DNA of 64,000 nucleotides, taken from IMG/VR virus record IMGVR_UViG_3300020191_000954, one strand, 5' to 3'. A model generated the notes under the pieces. It saw only the letters and a program-made list of their open reading frames with translations. It searched no databases and was not told the origin of the DNA. Below, in pieces: positions 30,589 to 40,307 of the stretch (positions within the stretch are counted from its first letter, which is position 1; each line of letters starts with the position of its first letter). Origin of the DNA: an uncultured virus (IMG/VR IMGVR_UViG_3300020191_000954). Lineage: Duplodnaviria; Heunggongvirae; Uroviricota; Caudoviricetes. A program made the translations under genes and the position numbers.

Positions 30589-31473
30589 ATGAAAGTTGAA
30601 GATCTTGTAGAAGCACCTCCAGGAGGTTGGTTAAACACTAAAGCATCGCTTGGTAAAGTAGATGATTTAGTTCGCAACAATCGTTTAGGTACAGGTCTTA
30701 GTAATCTAAATAAAGCATTTTCAAAAAAGTTTGGTGGCGCACACGGCAGTAAAGAACCAATCGCACCCGGCGGTGGCATTGACGATAAAGAAACTGATGA
30801 TTGGATTGCTAAAGGCGACACTTCTAAAAAAGACACAAAGACTAAAGCAAAACCAACACCAACACCGACACCAGATCCTAAAGCACAAACTCAAAAACAA
30901 CCTAAAACAATAGATGATTTAAAACCAGGTAGTGCATACAACGATGGTACTGTAACTTGGACATGGACTGGATCAGATTGGAGTGACGGTGCAGTTAAAT
31001 TAAAGCCCGAAACAGGATGGAAGGGATTTAATAAAGCTAAAAACAAATTTGTAAAAGAAGCACCAGGTGCAGGCATTGTTAAAAAAGTTGCAGGTAAAGT
31101 AGCAGACAAGGCAGTAGATTTTGCGGCGAATGCCACAGGTGCTAGTAGAGATGATATCAAAAGAGCTGGTGCAGAACAAGGCGGCGTAATTGGCAAAGTT
31201 ACTGGCTTAGCAAAAGGCGACGATAACAAACAAACACAACAGGTTGCACAAAAAGCAACAGCATTAAAAGGTGTTGTTGGTGGTAAAGCAAGTGGTGCCC
31301 AAGTTGCAAAAGGCTTAGATAAAATATCATCAGGTGAAACATTACCGCCAAATATTATTAAAGCGATTGCTCCATATGCAACTGCTATTCAAAGTATGAT
31401 GTCTAATCCTCAACTGTTTGGTAAGTTCAAAGCACTTATGAAACAAGCTGAAGCTGGACAGAACCAGCAATAA
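30589..31473 (+). CDS. Lys/Ala/Gly-rich protein (MKVEDLVEAP leader)
   Basis: Long ORF in the same block. Confidence 0.65.
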   Translation: MKVEDLVEAPPGGWLNTKASLGKVDDLVRNNRLGTGLSNLNKAFSKKFGGAHGSKEPIAPGGGIDDKETDDWIAKGDTSKKDTKTKAKPTPTPTPDPKAQTQKQPKTIDDLKPGSAYNDGTVTWTWTGSDWSDGAVKLKPETGWKGFNKAKNKFVKEAPGAGIVKKVAGKVADKAVDFAANATGASRDDIKRAGAEQGGVIGKVTGLAKGDDNKQTQQVAQKATALKGVVGGKASGAQVAKGLDKISSGETLPPNIIKAIAPYATAIQSMMSNPQLFGKFKALMKQAEAGQNQQ

Positions 31474-31506
31474 CAATACATTAAACACCCCTATATAAAT
31501 AATTGC

Positions 31507-32046
31507 ATGTTCATACCAAACGTGCAAAAATTAGAGTTTAAAGAATCTGCTGACATCTATACTCACGTATATGAAGATGCCGAGACACTCAATCCAATAC
31601 TAGCTGAAAAAATTAGAGCTAGAGGGGATTGCCAATTTAGAAAAACAAATGTTCAAGCAAATATGACAGAATGGACAATGTTTAGAGATCCTGACTTTAA
31701 AAAGATTATTAACTTTGCTATTGATGTTGTACAAAATGGTCTTGAACATTTAGTTGGTGGTAAGTATGAAGTAACAGATTGTTGGGGTGCAGTATATTCC
31801 AAAGGCGATAGCTGTAAACCACATGCACATCATCCTGCTATTTGGAGTTTTGTATACTATGTTGATGCAACTCCAGATGATGCACCTTTAGTATTTCCAA
31901 CAAGTGGTAATGCTATATTTCCAAATCCCGGACTTATAGCAGTATTCCCAGGTTGGGTAACACACGAAGTACCCCCACAGAAGAACGACAAAGAGCGAAT
32001 AGTAATAGCAGGTAATTTAACAATTCATCGTACACAAGCTGAATAA
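31507..32046 (+). CDS. 2OG-Fe(II) oxygenase-like protein
   Basis: HAH...SFVYY...FPGWVTHEV...RIVIAGN; TATAAATA lies 5 nt upstream. Confidence 0.75.
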   Translation: MFIPNVQKLEFKESADIYTHVYEDAETLNPILAEKIRARGDCQFRKTNVQANMTEWTMFRDPDFKKIINFAIDVVQNGLEHLVGGKYEVTDCWGAVYSKGDSCKPHAHHPAIWSFVYYVDATPDDAPLVFPTSGNAIFPNPGLIAVFPGWVTHEVPPQKNDKERIVIAGNLTIHRTQAE

Positions 32047-32052
32047 TAGTTG

Positions 32053-32081
32053 TTGACAAGCACTTACAGTTCGTGTATAAT
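32053..32081 (+). promoter_or_regulatory. Consensus sigma70 promoter
   Basis: TTGACA-17 nt-TATAAT. Confidence 0.8.
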
Positions 32082-32105
32082 GTATATAACAATTAAGGAG
32101 ATAAC

Positions 32106-32366
32106 ATGAGCGATCGAACATACGGCGTAGAAGAAAAAGCCAAACTAGAAAGATTGGTTAACGAAGGAGTTACAGTACTCCAAGAAGTAGAAGACTTAAC
32201 TACAGGTCTTAAAGATACTGTAAAAGCAGTAGCAGAAGAACTAGATATTAAACCAAGCCTTATTAATAAAGCAATTAAGATTGCCCAAAAAGGTGAATGG
32301 CATAAAGTTGCTGATGAATTTGATGATCTAGAAACACTTGTTGTTACAGTTGGCAAGGACAAGTAG
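32106..32366 (+). CDS. Small helical protein, T4 DsbA/GapR-like DNA-binding candidate
   Basis: Length and helical pattern (KDTVKAVAEELDIKPSLINKAIKIA) resemble DsbA/GapR. Confidence 0.5.
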   Translation: MSDRTYGVEEKAKLERLVNEGVTVLQEVEDLTTGLKDTVKAVAEELDIKPSLINKAIKIAQKGEWHKVADEFDDLETLVVTVGKDK

Positions 32367-32367
32367 T

Positions 32368-32646
32368 TTGAATAGAGTAACCAATTTCTTTAAAACAAGT
32401 TATAGGCTAAGTCCTGTTGCATTCTATTGCGAAATGATTGAGGCATTGTTCTTAATCTCAGCAAGTGCAATATTGAGCTTTACTATATTAGACCCTGCAA
32501 CAACAATATTTGTGCCATTATATTTGGTTGGAAGTATTTTGGGCATTGTTAGTGCAGTTATTAGACAAGCGGCATTTGTAATTATACTTTGTTCTTGGTT
32601 CTCAGCAATGAACCTTTGGGCATTAATACAGTTGTTCGTAATATGA
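32368..32646 (+). CDS. Small multi-TM membrane protein
   Basis: Hydrophobic ORF; TTG start inferred. Confidence 0.55.
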   Translation: MNRVTNFFKTSYRLSPVAFYCEMIEALFLISASAILSFTILDPATTIFVPLYLVGSILGIVSAVIRQAAFVIILCSWFSAMNLWALIQLFVI

Positions 32647-32957
32647 AATATATGGTTGACATAGACGGAACTATCTGTTATAATAATAACAGTGAGTACG
32701 AATTTAGTAAACCAGATGTTCAACGTATACAACACTTTAATAAGTTGTATAATGAAGGCAATGAAATACATTATTGGACTGCTAGAGGCGGTAGCACAGG
32801 CAAAGATTGGAGTGAGCTTACTAAAGACCAGTTTGCGGAGTGGGGTGTACTATACACAACACTAAGTTTTAGAAAGCCACACTATGATATTTGGATAGAT
32901 GACAAGGCAAGAGAGGCGAATGAATATTTTAAGAATGAAGGTAAAAGTCGGCCATAA
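32643..32957 (+). CDS. Minimal HAD-family phosphatase
   Basis: VDIDGTIC, WTARG and KPHYDIWIDDKA motifs. Confidence 0.75.
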   Translation: MKYMVDIDGTICYNNNSEYEFSKPDVQRIQHFNKLYNEGNEIHYWTARGGSTGKDWSELTKDQFAEWGVLYTTLSFRKPHYDIWIDDKAREANEYFKNEGKSRP

Positions 32958-33001
32958 GCGACCTTATTGGTTTTTGTCAGCCCCAAGTGACATACAAGGA
33001 G
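32947..33001 (+). promoter_or_regulatory. Twin hairpins next to the polB Shine-Dalgarno (candidate translational operator)
   Basis: GTCG-GCCATAAG-CGAC and TGTCA-GCCCCAAG-TGACA, then AAGGAG. Confidence 0.55.
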
Positions 33002-33008
33002 TTAAAAT

Positions 33009-35678
33009 ATGAGTTATGTAGACGCACAGTTTGATCGTGATCAGGATGTGATCAGAGTAGTCGAACGAAAAGATGGTAAGCGTTCTTACACAGAATACCC
33101 AATCAAATACACATTTTATTATAAAGATCAACGTGGTAAGTACAAAAGTATTTACGGCGATCCGTTAAGCAGAATTGTTGCTAAAAACACAAAACAGTTT
33201 CGTAAAGAACTAGCCATTAACGCAAACAAAGAATTGTTTGAAAGTGATATTAATCCAATCTTCCAATGTTTGAGTGAAAACTATTTAAATGTAGATTCAC
33301 CTAAGTTGAATGTTTGCTTTTTTGATATTGAGACAGACTTTGATCCAGAACGTGGCTTTGCTGATCCTAGTGATCCGTTTATGCCTATTACTGCTATTAC
33401 TGTACACTTACAATGGTTAGATAGTCTAGTTACATTTGCTATGCCTCCTAAAGGCTTATCAATGGAACAAGCAAAAGAAGAAGTAAAAGATTTTCCAAAC
33501 ACATACTTGTATGAAAAAGAAGGCGACATGTTAGAAGCGTTTCTTGATATTATACAAGACAGTGATATACTTACAGGTTGGAACAGTGAAGGTTATGATA
33601 TTCCATATACTGTAAATCGTGTAAAAAGAGTTTTAAGTAAAGATGATACAAGACGTTTTTGTTTATGGAAACAACTTCCTAAGAAACGTGAATATGAAAA
33701 GTACGGACGTAAAGCTGAAACCTATGACCTAATAGGCAGAGTGCATTTAGATAGTTTGGAATTATATCGTAAATACACATATGAAGAAAGACACACATAT
33801 CGACTCGACGCTATTGGCGAACTTGAGATCGGCGAAAACAAAACTGTGTACGAAGGTACGCTCGATCAACTTTATAACAATGACTTCAGAACGTTCATTG
33901 AGTACAACAGACAAGACGTTGCACTACTGGACAAGCTGGACAAAAAACTAAAGTTTATTGATCTTAGTAACGAACTTGCACATAGTAACACGGTGTTACT
34001 ACAGACCACTATGGGTGCAGTTGCAGTTACAGAACAAGCAATTATCAACGAAGCACATCACAGAGGCTTGCAAGTTCCTAACAGAGTAAAACGTGAGCCT
34101 GGCAGTGATCCTGCGGCAGGTGCTTATGTAGCATTTCCTAAAAAAGGTGTACACAAGTGGATTGGTTCAATGGATTTGAATTCACTATATCCGTCTGTTA
34201 TTAGAGCATTAAATATGGATCCTGCAACAGTTATAGGACAATTACGTCCTGAGCTAACTGATGCAATGGTTGAAGATGCAATGACACTTCAGAAGAAGTC
34301 ATTTGCAGGTGCTTGGGAAGGCCGCTTTGGTACTATTGAATACGAAGCAGTTATGGAGAAGAAGAAAGACATTAGTATTACTGTTGACTTTGAAAACGGT
34401 GAAAGTGAAATTCTTAGTGGTGCTGAGATATACAAACTAATATTTGATTCACACAAGCCATGGATGCTAACTGCTAACGGAACTATCTTAACTAATGAAT
34501 TTGACGGTGTTATTCCAGGACTTCTTAAACGTTGGTATAGTGAACGTAAAGATTTACAAAAACAAAAAGGCAAAGCTATTGATGCTGGAAACAGAATTGA
34601 AGTTGAGTTTTGGGATAAACGACAGTTGGTTAAGAAGATTAACTTGAACAGTTTGTATGGTGCAATTCTTAATCCTGGTTGTAGATTCTTTGATCCGCGG
34701 ATTGGTCAATCAACAACACTAACAGGTAGAGCTATCGCAAAACATATGAGTGCAGAAGTTAATAAAGTTATTACAGGCACATATGATCATGTAGGTGATA
34801 GTATTATCTATGGTGATACTGATTCTGTTTACTTTAGTGCCCACCCTGTACTAAAAGCAGATATTGATGCTGGAAAAATTCCTTGGACAAAAGATAGTGT
34901 TATTACATTATATGATCAAGTATGTGAAGCGGCGAATGAAACATTTCCAAAGTTTATGCAAGAAGCATTTCATTGTCCAAAGAGCAGATCAGATGTTATT
35001 GCGGCAGGTAGAGAAATTGTTGCTGAGTCAGGTTTGTTTATTACTAAGAAACGTTATGCGGCTTTAATTTATGATAACGAAGGCGAACGCATGGACGTCA
35101 ACGGTAAACTAGGTAAAGTAAAAGCAATGGGTCTTGATCTTAAACGATCAGATACACCTGTGTTTATGCAAGAGTTTTTAAGTGAACTATTGCTTATGGT
35201 ACTTACAGATAAGACAGAAGCTGAAATACTTGCAAAGATTACAGACTTCCGTACTGCATTTAAACTACGTCCTGGTTTTGAAAAAGGTTCACCTAAACGT
35301 GCAAACAAAATTGGCGAGTATCAACGTAAAGAAGCAAAGCAAGGCAAAGCAACTATGCCCGGACATGTTCGTGCAAGTATTAACTGGAACACACTAAAGC
35401 GTATGAACGGTGACAAATACTCGCAAGAGATTGTAGACGGTATGAAAGTTATTGTTTGTAAACTAAAACAGAACCCACTAGGCTACACAAGTGTTGCATA
35501 TCCAACAGACGAACTACGTATTCCAGATTGGTTTAAAGAACTTCCGTTTGATGATGATGCAATGGAATCAACAATTATTGACAACAAACTAGGTAATTTG
35601 ATCGGTGTGCTAGACTATGATATTTCAAGCACATTACAGAACAATACATTTAATAGTTTGTTTGATTTCGGAGAATAA
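33009..35678 (+). CDS. polB: Family B DNA polymerase (gp43-like)
   Basis: Exo DIET, DLNSLYPS, KINLNSLYG, YGDTDS and KKRY motifs; C-terminal SLFDF clamp-binding-like motif. Confidence 0.95.
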   Translation: MSYVDAQFDRDQDVIRVVERKDGKRSYTEYPIKYTFYYKDQRGKYKSIYGDPLSRIVAKNTKQFRKELAINANKELFESDINPIFQCLSENYLNVDSPKLNVCFFDIETDFDPERGFADPSDPFMPITAITVHLQWLDSLVTFAMPPKGLSMEQAKEEVKDFPNTYLYEKEGDMLEAFLDIIQDSDILTGWNSEGYDIPYTVNRVKRVLSKDDTRRFCLWKQLPKKREYEKYGRKAETYDLIGRVHLDSLELYRKYTYEERHTYRLDAIGELEIGENKTVYEGTLDQLYNNDFRTFIEYNRQDVALLDKLDKKLKFIDLSNELAHSNTVLLQTTMGAVAVTEQAIINEAHHRGLQVPNRVKREPGSDPAAGAYVAFPKKGVHKWIGSMDLNSLYPSVIRALNMDPATVIGQLRPELTDAMVEDAMTLQKKSFAGAWEGRFGTIEYEAVMEKKKDISITVDFENGESEILSGAEIYKLIFDSHKPWMLTANGTILTNEFDGVIPGLLKRWYSERKDLQKQKGKAIDAGNRIEVEFWDKRQLVKKINLNSLYGAILNPGCRFFDPRIGQSTTLTGRAIAKHMSAEVNKVITGTYDHVGDSIIYGDTDSVYFSAHPVLKADIDAGKIPWTKDSVITLYDQVCEAANETFPKFMQEAFHCPKSRSDVIAAGREIVAESGLFITKKRYAALIYDNEGERMDVNGKLGKVKAMGLDLKRSDTPVFMQEFLSELLLMVLTDKTEAEILAKITDFRTAFKLRPGFEKGSPKRANKIGEYQRKEAKQGKATMPGHVRASINWNTLKRMNGDKYSQEIVDGMKVIVCKLKQNPLGYTSVAYPTDELRIPDWFKELPFDDDAMESTIIDNKLGNLIGVLDYDISSTLQNNTFNSLFDFGE

Positions 35679-35680
35679 TA

Positions 35681-36226
35681 ATGGCTGTACATGGAATGAT
35701 AGATTTAGAAACACTTGGCGTTGAGCCAGATAGTGTTATCATAACACTCGGTGCTATTAAATTCGACCCGTATACAGATGAAGATCCGCACTCAGGATTG
35801 TATCTACGTTGCGACATTGAAGAACAAAGTGAAAAGTATCATCGTACAATAGATGACAATACACTTGAATGGTGGGGTAAACAAGATCCTAAGATTAGAG
35901 AAGAAGCATTTGGTGAACACAAAGATCGTGTGAACATGGAGCAACTTACAAAAGCAATTAATAAATTTTGTGTAGGAGTAGATCAACTTTGGTGTCAAGG
36001 TCCATTGTTCGATTATGCTATTTTACAAAACTTATACAAAGGCGTTGGTAAGCCGTGTCCATGGAACTTTTGGCAGATTAGAGACAGTAGAACATTGTTT
36101 GCTATGATGCCTACAGATCCTCGTAAAGCAATACAAGAAGAATTACATAATGCATTAGCAGACTGTTACTATCAAGCTAAGTGTGTACAATCAACCTATA
36201 AACACTTTGGAGTTAAATCTCGATGA
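35681..36226 (+). CDS. DEDDh 3'-5' exonuclease
   Basis: MIDLETLG, FDYAIL, RDSRT and HNALADC motifs. Confidence 0.85.
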   Translation: MAVHGMIDLETLGVEPDSVIITLGAIKFDPYTDEDPHSGLYLRCDIEEQSEKYHRTIDDNTLEWWGKQDPKIREEAFGEHKDRVNMEQLTKAINKFCVGVDQLWCQGPLFDYAILQNLYKGVGKPCPWNFWQIRDSRTLFAMMPTDPRKAIQEELHNALADCYYQAKCVQSTYKHFGVKSR

Positions 36227-36990
36227 GGATACTACTAACAGGACATAAAGGTATGGTTGGAACAGAGTTGTATACTGCTCTAACCAAAGACCATCGTGTT
36301 ATTGGTATTGATTTAAAAGACGGTAATAACTTACTAGACTGTTCGTTAGACTTCGATGTTGATCTAGTAATTCATCTTGCAGGCGAAAGCGGAATACTAA
36401 GAAGTTTAGAAGAACCTGATTTGTATTTTCAACATAACGTACTAGCAACTAAAAGATTATTTGACCATTTTAAAAATACTAGAATACTGTATGCTAGTTC
36501 AAGTACTGCAAAAGAACCTAATAGAAATCCGTATGCATTAACTAAACATACAGTTGAACGCATTGCACCACAATCAAGTCTAGGCATGAGATTTACAACT
36601 ATATACAGTAACAACTCAGAACTTAGGCCAAACATGTTAATACCTCGAATTATACGCAATGATGTACCACACGTAACTAATCATAAAAGAGACTTTATTC
36701 ATGTTGCCGATATTGTAAGTGCAATACTTACATTAATCAAAAACGAAGATGTAAGAGGAGTTATTGATATCGGAACTGGCAAAAGCCAATCACTAAAAAG
36801 TATTTTAAAAGAATTTGGAATGAATCCACAAATGAAAATGGATACTCCCAATGAAAGAGCTGATAATGTTGCTGACATATCAGTGTTACAAGGCTTGGGT
36901 TGGAAAACAACAATTGAGCTAATACAATTCTTAAAAGACAAGAAAGAGCTTGACTTTTTAGAAAAACCTAAATATAATGTATATAACTAA
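36223..36990 (+). CDS. NAD-dependent epimerase/dehydratase
   Basis: TGHKGMVG, HLAG, ASSS, YALTK and RDFIHV motifs. Confidence 0.9.
   Translation: MRILLTGHKGMVGTELYTALTKDHRVIGIDLKDGNNLLDCSLDFDVDLVIHLAGESGILRSLEEPDLYFQHNVLATKRLFDHFKNTRILYASSSTAKEPNRNPYALTKHTVERIAPQSSLGMRFTTIYSNNSELRPNMLIPRIIRNDVPHVTNHKRDFIHVADIVSAILTLIKNEDVRGVIDIGTGKSQSLKSILKEFGMNPQMKMDTPNERADNVADISVLQGLGWKTTIELIQFLKDKKELDFLEKPKYNVYN
36950..36978 (+). promoter_or_regulatory. Sigma70 promoter with an overlapping CCTAAATA late-like motif
   Basis: TTGACT-17 nt-TATAAT. Confidence 0.7.
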
Positions 36991-37005
36991 TGGAGAAATG
37001 TTAAA

Positions 37006-37737
37006 ATGAAAGATATCTTACAAGACGTTGTTGCTCATACACATTCACTAGGATTTTTAACTTTAGTAAAAGTTACTGGTGAAGATGCCGCAACGACAAT
37101 CGAATCAATGGCAGAAGATAGAAGTGTTATCTTAACTGCTACAACAAAGGCGGCAGTAAACGAATTTAAAGGAACCTTTGGTATGCCTAACTTAGACAAG
37201 TTAGCACTACACTTAAAGAATCCTGAGTATCAAAAACAAGCAAAGATTACTGTAGAGTCTAGAGAAAAAGACGGCGAAACTTTGCCAACACACTTACACT
37301 TTGAAAACGAAGCAGGTGACTTTGAAAACGATTATCGCTTTATGAATAAAGCAATTATTGATGAGAAACTTAAAACTGTTAAGTTTAAAGGTGCAAGTTG
37401 GGACGTAACCATTGAGCCTACAATGGCTTCAATTACTAGAATGAAATTGCAAAGTGCGGCACATTCAGAAGAAACTACATTTACAGTTAAGACTGAAAAT
37501 GATAACTTAGTGTTTACTTTTGGTGACGCTTCACAACACGCAGGATCATTTGTATTCCAACACGGAGTTGGCAGTGAATTGAAACATGCTTGGAGTTGGC
37601 CTGTAGCACAAGTACAAGCTATTTTAAATCTTGATGGTAAAGTAACTATGAAGATTAGTGATCAAGGTGCAATGGCATTAAGTGTTGACAGTGGTTTAGG
37701 TCAGTACGACTATATTCTACCAGCACAAACTAAGTAA
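37006..37737 (+). CDS. Probable sliding clamp (gp45/PCNA-like)
   Basis: About 240 aa, alpha/beta pattern ending YDYILPA; lies near polB with a clamp loader in the window. Confidence 0.55.
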   Translation: MKDILQDVVAHTHSLGFLTLVKVTGEDAATTIESMAEDRSVILTATTKAAVNEFKGTFGMPNLDKLALHLKNPEYQKQAKITVESREKDGETLPTHLHFENEAGDFENDYRFMNKAIIDEKLKTVKFKGASWDVTIEPTMASITRMKLQSAAHSEETTFTVKTENDNLVFTFGDASQHAGSFVFQHGVGSELKHAWSWPVAQVQAILNLDGKVTMKISDQGAMALSVDSGLGQYDYILPAQTK

Positions 37738-37743
37738 GGATAA

Positions 37744-37944
37744 ATGACGAAAAAAAATAAAAAGCCAGGCTTAATAGACAAAATAGGAAAAGCACATTCA
37801 AAGGTGTTTACATATGTTAGTAACAAAGCAAAGACAAGTAAACTATGGGCAATATTATTAACAGTATTAGTAATATACGAACTAATAGAACATTTAGTTT
37901 ATCCTTGGCTTGTTCCGCTTTTAGCAATTAAAGCCTTTGGATAA
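37744..37944 (+). CDS. Small membrane protein
   Basis: Basic N-terminus plus hydrophobic C-terminus. Confidence 0.55.
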   Translation: MTKKNKKPGLIDKIGKAHSKVFTYVSNKAKTSKLWAILLTVLVIYELIEHLVYPWLVPLLAIKAFG

Positions 37945-37956
37945 TAGGAGAATAAT

Positions 37957-39489
37957 TTGAATACCGACTTAACAAAAGCACAGAACGATTACGCAACGTT
38001 CTTACCAGCACTAAGTGGCTTCTATGCTACGTTTGTTGGTAAACAAAGAGCAGGCGAATATGTAGAATACAATCGTATTCCTGCAAACTTTAAGAACGGT
38101 GTTGAAAGTCTTAATTGGTTAAACCGTAAAGACGGACAGTTTCAATACCATTGGAGTTTGTATTCAGCAGGACATGCCGAACTTGATATCAACAAGGACT
38201 CACCTAAAGAAGATATGATCCGTAACAGAGATCGTACTACTAGTTGGCTACTTGGTGACTCAGGTGGTTTCCAAATTGGTAAAGGTGTTTGGGAAGGCGA
38301 CTGGAAGAATCCTAACTGTCCTAAAGCAATGAAAAAACGTACACAAGTTCTTGCATGGATGGATGCTTACATGGACTATGGTATGATCCTTGATATCCCT
38401 GCCTGGGTGGCACGTTCACCTGAAGGTGCTAAAGCAACAGGTATTGACAACTATCAAGATGCCGTTAATGCTACACGTATTAACAATGACTTCTTTATGA
38501 AAAATAGAAGTGGTGCTTGTAAATTCCTAAACGTACTACAAGGTGAAAATCATGCTGATGCTGAAGATTGGTATCAACAGATGAAAGACTATTGTGATCC
38601 AGCCAAGTATCCTGATACACATTTTAATGGTTGGAGTATGGGTGGACAGAACATGTGTGATGTGCATTTGGTTCTTAAACGTCTAGTTGCATTAAGGTTT
38701 GACGGACTATTACAAACAGGCTTACATGATGTAATGCACTTCTTAGGTACAAGTAAATTGGAGTGGGCTACACTATTAACTGATATCCAACGTGCGGTGC
38801 GTAAGTATCACAACCCTAACTTTATGATTACATTTGATTGTGCTTCTCCATTTTTAGCAACAGCAAACGGTCAAATATATTGTGAATTAGAAACACAGGA
38901 TAGAAGTAAATGGGTGTATAGAATGGTTCCTAGTATCGACAACAAAGCACTAGCAACAGACACTACTCCGTTTGGACAGGCATTTGTTAGAGAAGGTAAA
39001 CATACTAGTTTTAAAGATTCACCTATTACACAAGATTTAAAAGCCAAAGATGTTACAATTTATGCACCTGGTGATTTAAATAAAATAGGTAAAGAGGGGA
39101 AAACATCTTGGGATAGTTTTTCATATGCGATCCAAATGGGTCATAATGTATGGAGTCATATTAATGCAGTACAAGAAGCGAATAGACAATACGACAATGG
39201 AGTCGTTCCGAACATGCTTGTGGAAGAGCGTTTTGACAGGGTATTTTTCCGAGATGTTGTGGAGGCAATATTTGCAACTGACGACAGAGACAAAGCGAAC
39301 AAAATCATAGAAGACAATTCAAAGTTTTTTATGACCATTATTGGAACACGTGGTGCAACAGGTAAAAAGACTGTAAACGCAAGTACACACTTTGGAAACT
39401 TGTTTGAAGTTGAAGATACTAACACAGCAACAGTAGACGAACCTGAACTATCAGAAGATAAGTTAGATAACTTAGAAGAGAATTTATAG
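37957..39489 (+). CDS. dpdA: TGT-fold transglycosylase, DpdA-like (7-deazaguanine insertion into DNA)
   Basis: LLGDSGGFQ, MILDIP, NVLQG, HFLG, FDCASP and HN motifs of the TGT/DpdA fold; folE and queE nearby. Confidence 0.75.
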   Translation: MNTDLTKAQNDYATFLPALSGFYATFVGKQRAGEYVEYNRIPANFKNGVESLNWLNRKDGQFQYHWSLYSAGHAELDINKDSPKEDMIRNRDRTTSWLLGDSGGFQIGKGVWEGDWKNPNCPKAMKKRTQVLAWMDAYMDYGMILDIPAWVARSPEGAKATGIDNYQDAVNATRINNDFFMKNRSGACKFLNVLQGENHADAEDWYQQMKDYCDPAKYPDTHFNGWSMGGQNMCDVHLVLKRLVALRFDGLLQTGLHDVMHFLGTSKLEWATLLTDIQRAVRKYHNPNFMITFDCASPFLATANGQIYCELETQDRSKWVYRMVPSIDNKALATDTTPFGQAFVREGKHTSFKDSPITQDLKAKDVTIYAPGDLNKIGKEGKTSWDSFSYAIQMGHNVWSHINAVQEANRQYDNGVVPNMLVEERFDRVFFRDVVEAIFATDDRDKANKIIEDNSKFFMTIIGTRGATGKKTVNASTHFGNLFEVEDTNTATVDEPELSEDKLDNLEENL

Positions 39490-39498
39490 GAGTTATTA

Positions 39499-40104
39499 AT
39501 GCATACAGAATCGCTTTTTGCAACGCCCTTCTTGTATGAACATGCTAACGAACTAAGCAACGATACGTTGTATGCATTTTGTCATGGCCTGTATAGTGCA
39601 GAAGGTACAAATGACAACTGGCAAAGTATGCATCTTGATCTTACTAACGTAATATTGCAACCTCTTGTAGCTCGTGTACAAGCATTGTTTGATAAACAAG
39701 CAGAACTATTAGGACTTGTTGACAACTGCCGTATAGAAGTAACACAGGCTTGGATTAACGTTAATAAGCCTAATACAAGCAGGTCTAATACTAATGACAT
39801 GCATATGCACCCAGGACATATTATGTCAGCTGTATACTACGTAAAGGCGCCCGCAGAAGGTGGTAATCTTGTTCTTTCTAGTCCGCATGGACTAATGGAC
39901 TATGCATTACCATATAAACTAACCAAAATTCCAACTCCCTTTAACGGAACAAGATACACAGTGATGCCAAAAGATGGTGATCTTGTATGTTTTCCGGGTT
40001 GGATCAATCATAGTGTTGGAGATAATACGAGCAATACATCACGTATATCAATAGCATTTAATGGCAATTTAGGAGGAGAAGCACTTGACGACAAGTCATT
40101 ATAG
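39499..40104 (+). CDS. 2OG-Fe(II) oxygenase-like protein
   Basis: HMH, SAVYYV, FPGWINHSV and RISIAFN motifs. Confidence 0.75.
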   Translation: MHTESLFATPFLYEHANELSNDTLYAFCHGLYSAEGTNDNWQSMHLDLTNVILQPLVARVQALFDKQAELLGLVDNCRIEVTQAWINVNKPNTSRSNTNDMHMHPGHIMSAVYYVKAPAEGGNLVLSSPHGLMDYALPYKLTKIPTPFNGTRYTVMPKDGDLVCFPGWINHSVGDNTSNTSRISIAFNGNLGGEALDDKSL

Positions 40105-40113
40105 TGCTATAAT
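40085..40113 (+). promoter_or_regulatory. Sigma70 promoter, probably leaderless
   Basis: TTGACG-17 nt-TATAAT, ATG 5 nt downstream. Confidence 0.7.
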
Positions 40114-40118
40114 ATATT

Positions 40119-40307
40119 ATGAAACAAAAAAAACTTGTAAAAAAATTAACCGAAGAGCATAAATTCTATGCAAAAAAAGTTGACGAGATTGAAAAAGAAC
40201 GTACAATGTATAGAGACTTTGGACATAAAGCCCTATTAACAAAACTTAAAAAAATGAAATTAGTAATTAAAGATCAAATTGATAGGTTAACAAAAAATGA
40301 AACGTGA
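40119..40307 (+). CDS. Small basic coiled-coil protein (DUF465-like)
   Basis: LTEEH...LKKMKLVIKDQI pattern. Confidence 0.6.
   Translation: MKQKKLVKKLTEEHKFYAKKVDEIEKERTMYRDFGHKALLTKLKKMKLVIKDQIDRLTKNET

Noticed and set aside
33009..35678. Possible intein or intron in PolB
   Set aside because: Length is normal, motifs are contiguous, and no intein or homing-endonuclease signature is visible
37957..39489. Calling this ORF a tRNA-guanine transglycosylase (tgt)
   Set aside because: It lacks the CxCxxC zinc motif of bacterial TGT, and the phage context favours a DNA-acting DpdA; not proven
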